This document shows positions 61,328 through 64,000 of a DNA stretch of 64,000 nucleotides, in pieces. The notes beneath the pieces are model-generated. The model did not search any database. It was not told the DNA's origin and was given only the letters and a program-made list of their open reading frames with translations. Location of the stretch: the NCBI GenBank assembly GCA_019057385.1, contig JAHQJS010000004.1, positions 224,001 through 288,000 on the forward strand, given 5' to 3'. This stretch comes from Candidatus Borrarchaeum weybense (GTDB lineage Archaea > Asgardarchaeota > Sifarchaeia > Borrarchaeales > Borrarchaeaceae). Numbering within the stretch: position 1 is the first letter of the stretch; each line of letters begins with the position of its first letter. A program made the translations under genes and the position numbers.

Positions 61328-61369
61328 TGAATCCTCACCTAACCAGTAATAAAGGACGTTCTTAAGTAA

Positions 61370-62314
61370 CTAAGGACTTTCTTTGCAATTTAAATTTCGC
61401 AATAAACGATATGGACATGTTAAAAAGGCTAGTAAAGCACCTTCTATCAACCCTACCAAATAATAAATAGAAGCTAAAAAGGAGAGTCTTTCTCGTGCAC
61501 GACTCAGAATCATATTTCCATTGTTTTTTAGAAATCCAATGAAATGTAGAATCCGAGATGCAAATATGTTTTTGAAATAGAAGTACGAATGGTTTCTTGC
61601 CCTCCAATAATCTAATTTGATATTTCTTCTAATAGCATGAGATGTTTTTGGACCAATGCGTTTATGGAACACTTTTGCTTTAGGGGCATATATAATAAGG
61701 TAATTTCTCTTTTTAAGCCTCATACATACGTCTGTTTCCTCTCGATATGCTCTACCCCCATATAAATTATCAAATCCATCCATTTCAATCAAATGTTTTT
61801 TTAAAAAACTCATATTCGTTCCTTTGATATGATCAACTTCGATTCGTTCTTCTCCTAGATCAAAATTACTAATCAATTCTCCTGATTTATCTATTTTTCC
61901 GATTATAACTTGCTTTTTCTTTTTTATTCTAACAGGTCGGTCCTCAATGATTTTTCCTCCAACTCCTCCGATTTTTGGTTTATTATAGTTCTTCAGGATT
62001 TGTTTTATCCAGTTTTCATCAGCTATCGCATCATCGTCAAGAAACGCGACGATTTCACCCCTTGATTTACAAATCCCGATATTTCTCGCTAGAGTCATGC
62101 CTTTATATTTTGTATGGATGTATTTAACAGGGTAGTTTTGTACAAGCATCGTGGTTTCATTTTTATGAGTAGTAGAACTGTCAACAACCAGCACTTCATA
62201 AGAGTTTCTGGGGAGATTCTGGCTTTTTAAGGATTCAAGGCACTCTTTTAAATCCTCTGGGCGGTTATACGTCACAACGACCACTGATATAAATAAATCA
62301 CGAGATTGTGACAA
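61370..62314 (-). CDS. GT2 glycosyltransferase
   Basis: ISVVVVTYNR, ARNIG, FLDDD, GTNMSF, REETD. Confidence 0.93.
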   Translation of the reverse strand: MSQSRDLFISVVVVTYNRPEDLKECLESLKSQNLPRNSYEVLVVDSSTTHKNETTMLVQNYPVKYIHTKYKGMTLARNIGICKSRGEIVAFLDDDAIADENWIKQILKNYNKPKIGGVGGKIIEDRPVRIKKKKQVIIGKIDKSGELISNFDLGEERIEVDHIKGTNMSFLKKHLIEMDGFDNLYGGRAYREETDVCMRLKKRNYLIIYAPKAKVFHKRIGPKTSHAIRRNIKLDYWRARNHSYFYFKNIFASRILHFIGFLKNNGNMILSRARERLSFLASIYYLVGLIEGALLAFLTCPYRLLRNLNCKESP

Positions 62315-62378
62315 CTGTGTTTCATTTCCATTTATTTTTCAAGATTAAGTGATATTGTATTGAGCCTTAAGTTCAGAC

Positions 62379-62858
62379 TTAATTGGGTGAACTTTTGGAG
62401 CGGATCTTTCCAATAGCCTCTAGAATAACTGTTCCAATATGTTTGACTAAGACTAACAGCGTTAACAACAGCAATGCGATTATTGCTAATTCTTCGTTCC
62501 ACTTAGCATGTGGTATCAACGAAACATGTCCAACTTCAAAGAAAATGAAAAGCGGAATCATGGCTACACTAATGGCGAAACTCATAGCCAAAATCTCTAG
62601 TTTGTTCTTGTTCTCATAAAAGGAGAGTTGTGTGATTGCATATCCTGGGATAAAAAAAAGCAGCGGAAACGTAACGATTATCTGTATGTCATCACTTGTA
62701 TTCTTAATATTCAAGAAATTTATGGCTATGCTTCCATAAACCAGTAACCCTATATTAAAAAGAGCTTCAGCAGTAAGAAGGTCGTTTTGCCTCAAGAAAG
62801 TGATGAAAGGCAGCATTTTGTCCTTTATTATTGTAAATTTTTTTCGTATTTCAACCAT
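62379..62858 (-). CDS. DUF1616-like small membrane protein
   Basis: LLFFIPGYA...LE.LAMSFAISVA pattern and about four TM helices. Confidence 0.72.
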   Translation of the reverse strand: MVEIRKKFTIIKDKMLPFITFLRQNDLLTAEALFNIGLLVYGSIAINFLNIKNTSDDIQIIVTFPLLFFIPGYAITQLSFYENKNKLEILAMSFAISVAMIPLFIFFEVGHVSLIPHAKWNEELAIIALLLLTLLVLVKHIGTVILEAIGKIRSKSSPN

Positions 62859-62876
62859 ATAGGGTCCTTCTATAAA

Positions 62877-64000
62877 CTACGTTAGGCGGCTCCTGACTAA
62901 ATGAAACAATGAAATATCATTAGAATAGAAGACCAACTCTAAATAGACCACGTAGAAGTATTCATCATATTCGTCAATGGTTAATGGTCTATAAAGCTGA
63001 TGGTCAAATAAAAGTCCATAATCTAACATCGTTGAATCGATAAGAATGTACAACTCATGCCATTCTCCATCGAAATGTAACTGTCGAACAAAATCCTTTG
63101 CGATTTTCTGAGATGTTATGTTATAATAGAGGTGTAATTCATCACTTTCAATCGTTATATGTGAGTTTTCAGGAAGCCTAGATGTCAATGCAAAATCATA
63201 GCGTTTGTCTGCTAATACAACTGAGTAGTTGTTAATTTTTCCCCCCATCCATTCCAATGCAGCATAATCACGTGCATCGAGCCAATTTTGTGTAAGTGCT
63301 CCTTGTTCTGGAGTCATAAATGCACTTGACGCTCCTATTGGTATCATAAAACCAATAATTACGATATATACAACTGCAACAGCCTTTTGGAACGATAAAT
63401 TACTCAATTTGAAGCTATAATAAATTCCAATTGCTGCACAAATACAAAGTGGAAAATACATATACGCCATGAATCGAAAGATATCATAACCTGCGCCTCC
63501 TAATGGTAGAAATAAAAGAACTCCAAATGCTATCAGAAAAATTATTATCCAAACTACCAAGAAAACTGATTGCCACGTACGGAAATATTTGAAAAGAAAT
63601 AAGATCCCAAGAAAAGAACAAAGGAATATAAAGACTTTTGGAATGAGTTTAAAAATCAGCTGAGTTTGATTAACGGTGCCAAAATAGTGGGTACCACTTG
63701 GCGAGGCTATTACTTCGCTTATTAAGAAAACAAGAAGAGCTATACTTAAAGCCCAAAGAACAAAAATTCTTGTATCTGGTTCGATTTCTTCAAACGAGTA
63801 GAAAACTTCTTGATTTCTAACCAATAGGAATAAACCAACCAAGATCACTACGCTGATAAGTACAAGTGCAACTACCATCAGAGGTAATGCAGGGAATATT
63901 GCTGTGACTCTTGAAATACGGCTAATCATTCTTTCTATAAGACTAGAAAACTCTGAGTCAACATTTGTAATCCATAGATACCATGAACCGACACAGAAAA
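62877..64000 (-). CDS. GT-C-like membrane protein, 5'-partial
   Basis: The frame stays open from 63929 to the window end (FCVGSWYLW...). FRFMAY, ALEWM and VLADKR tail resemble the other GT-C-like proteins. Confidence 0.68.
   Translation of the reverse strand, partial: FCVGSWYLWITNVDSEFSSLIERMISRISRVTAIFPALPLMVVALVLISVVILVGLFLLVRNQEVFYSFEEIEPDTRIFVLWALSIALLVFLISEVIASPSGTHYFGTVNQTQLIFKLIPKVFIFLCSFLGILFLFKYFRTWQSVFLVVWIIIFLIAFGVLLFLPLGGAGYDIFRFMAYMYFPLCICAAIGIYYSFKLSNLSFQKAVAVVYIVIIGFMIPIGASSAFMTPEQGALTQNWLDARDYAALEWMGGKINNYSVVLADKRYDFALTSRLPENSHITIESDELHLYYNITSQKIAKDFVRQLHFDGEWHELYILIDSTMLDYGLLFDHQLYRPLTIDEYDEYFYVVYLELVFYSNDISLFHLVRSRLT

Noticed and set aside
1-64000. CRISPR arrays, tRNA or rRNA genes, transposase or integrase genes
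   Set aside because: No regularly spaced repeats, cloverleafs or recombinase motifs were seen by eye. The remaining short ORFs overlap real genes.

Overview
An AT-rich, most likely archaeal glycosylation island that runs off both ends of the window. Archaeal signs are GGTGA/GAGGT ribosome-binding sites, TATA-type promoters, frequent TTG/GTG starts, DUF1616 domains and many dolichol-phosphate-type GT-C enzymes; the lineage cannot be fixed from this window. About 45 genes are present, of which about 33 are glycosyltransferases: 12 GT-B/GT4, 8 GT-A/GT2 and 13 multi-pass GT-C-like membrane proteins. The rest include three PAPS-dependent sulfotransferases, a polysaccharide deacetylase, a Wzm/Wzt ABC exporter, a Wzx-type flippase, a SAM methyltransferase, an AlkP-superfamily hydrolase and two unknown proteins. 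No nucleotide-sugar, PAPS-synthesis or AglB genes are visible. Highlights: (1) a 324-bp protein-free IS200/IS605 mini-element that keeps both ends, a TnpB-type omegaRNA scaffold, a candidate promoter of its own and an unexplained structured 5' RNA domain; (2) a circularly permuted GT4 enzyme; (3) a deacetylase + sulfotransferase + ABC-export module suggesting a sulfated, possibly glycosaminoglycan-like glycan; (4) a possible Yip1-GT-C fusion; (5) a GT2 gene with no canonical start codon; (6) several duplication scars. All family assignments come from motif recognition by eye; no database search was run.
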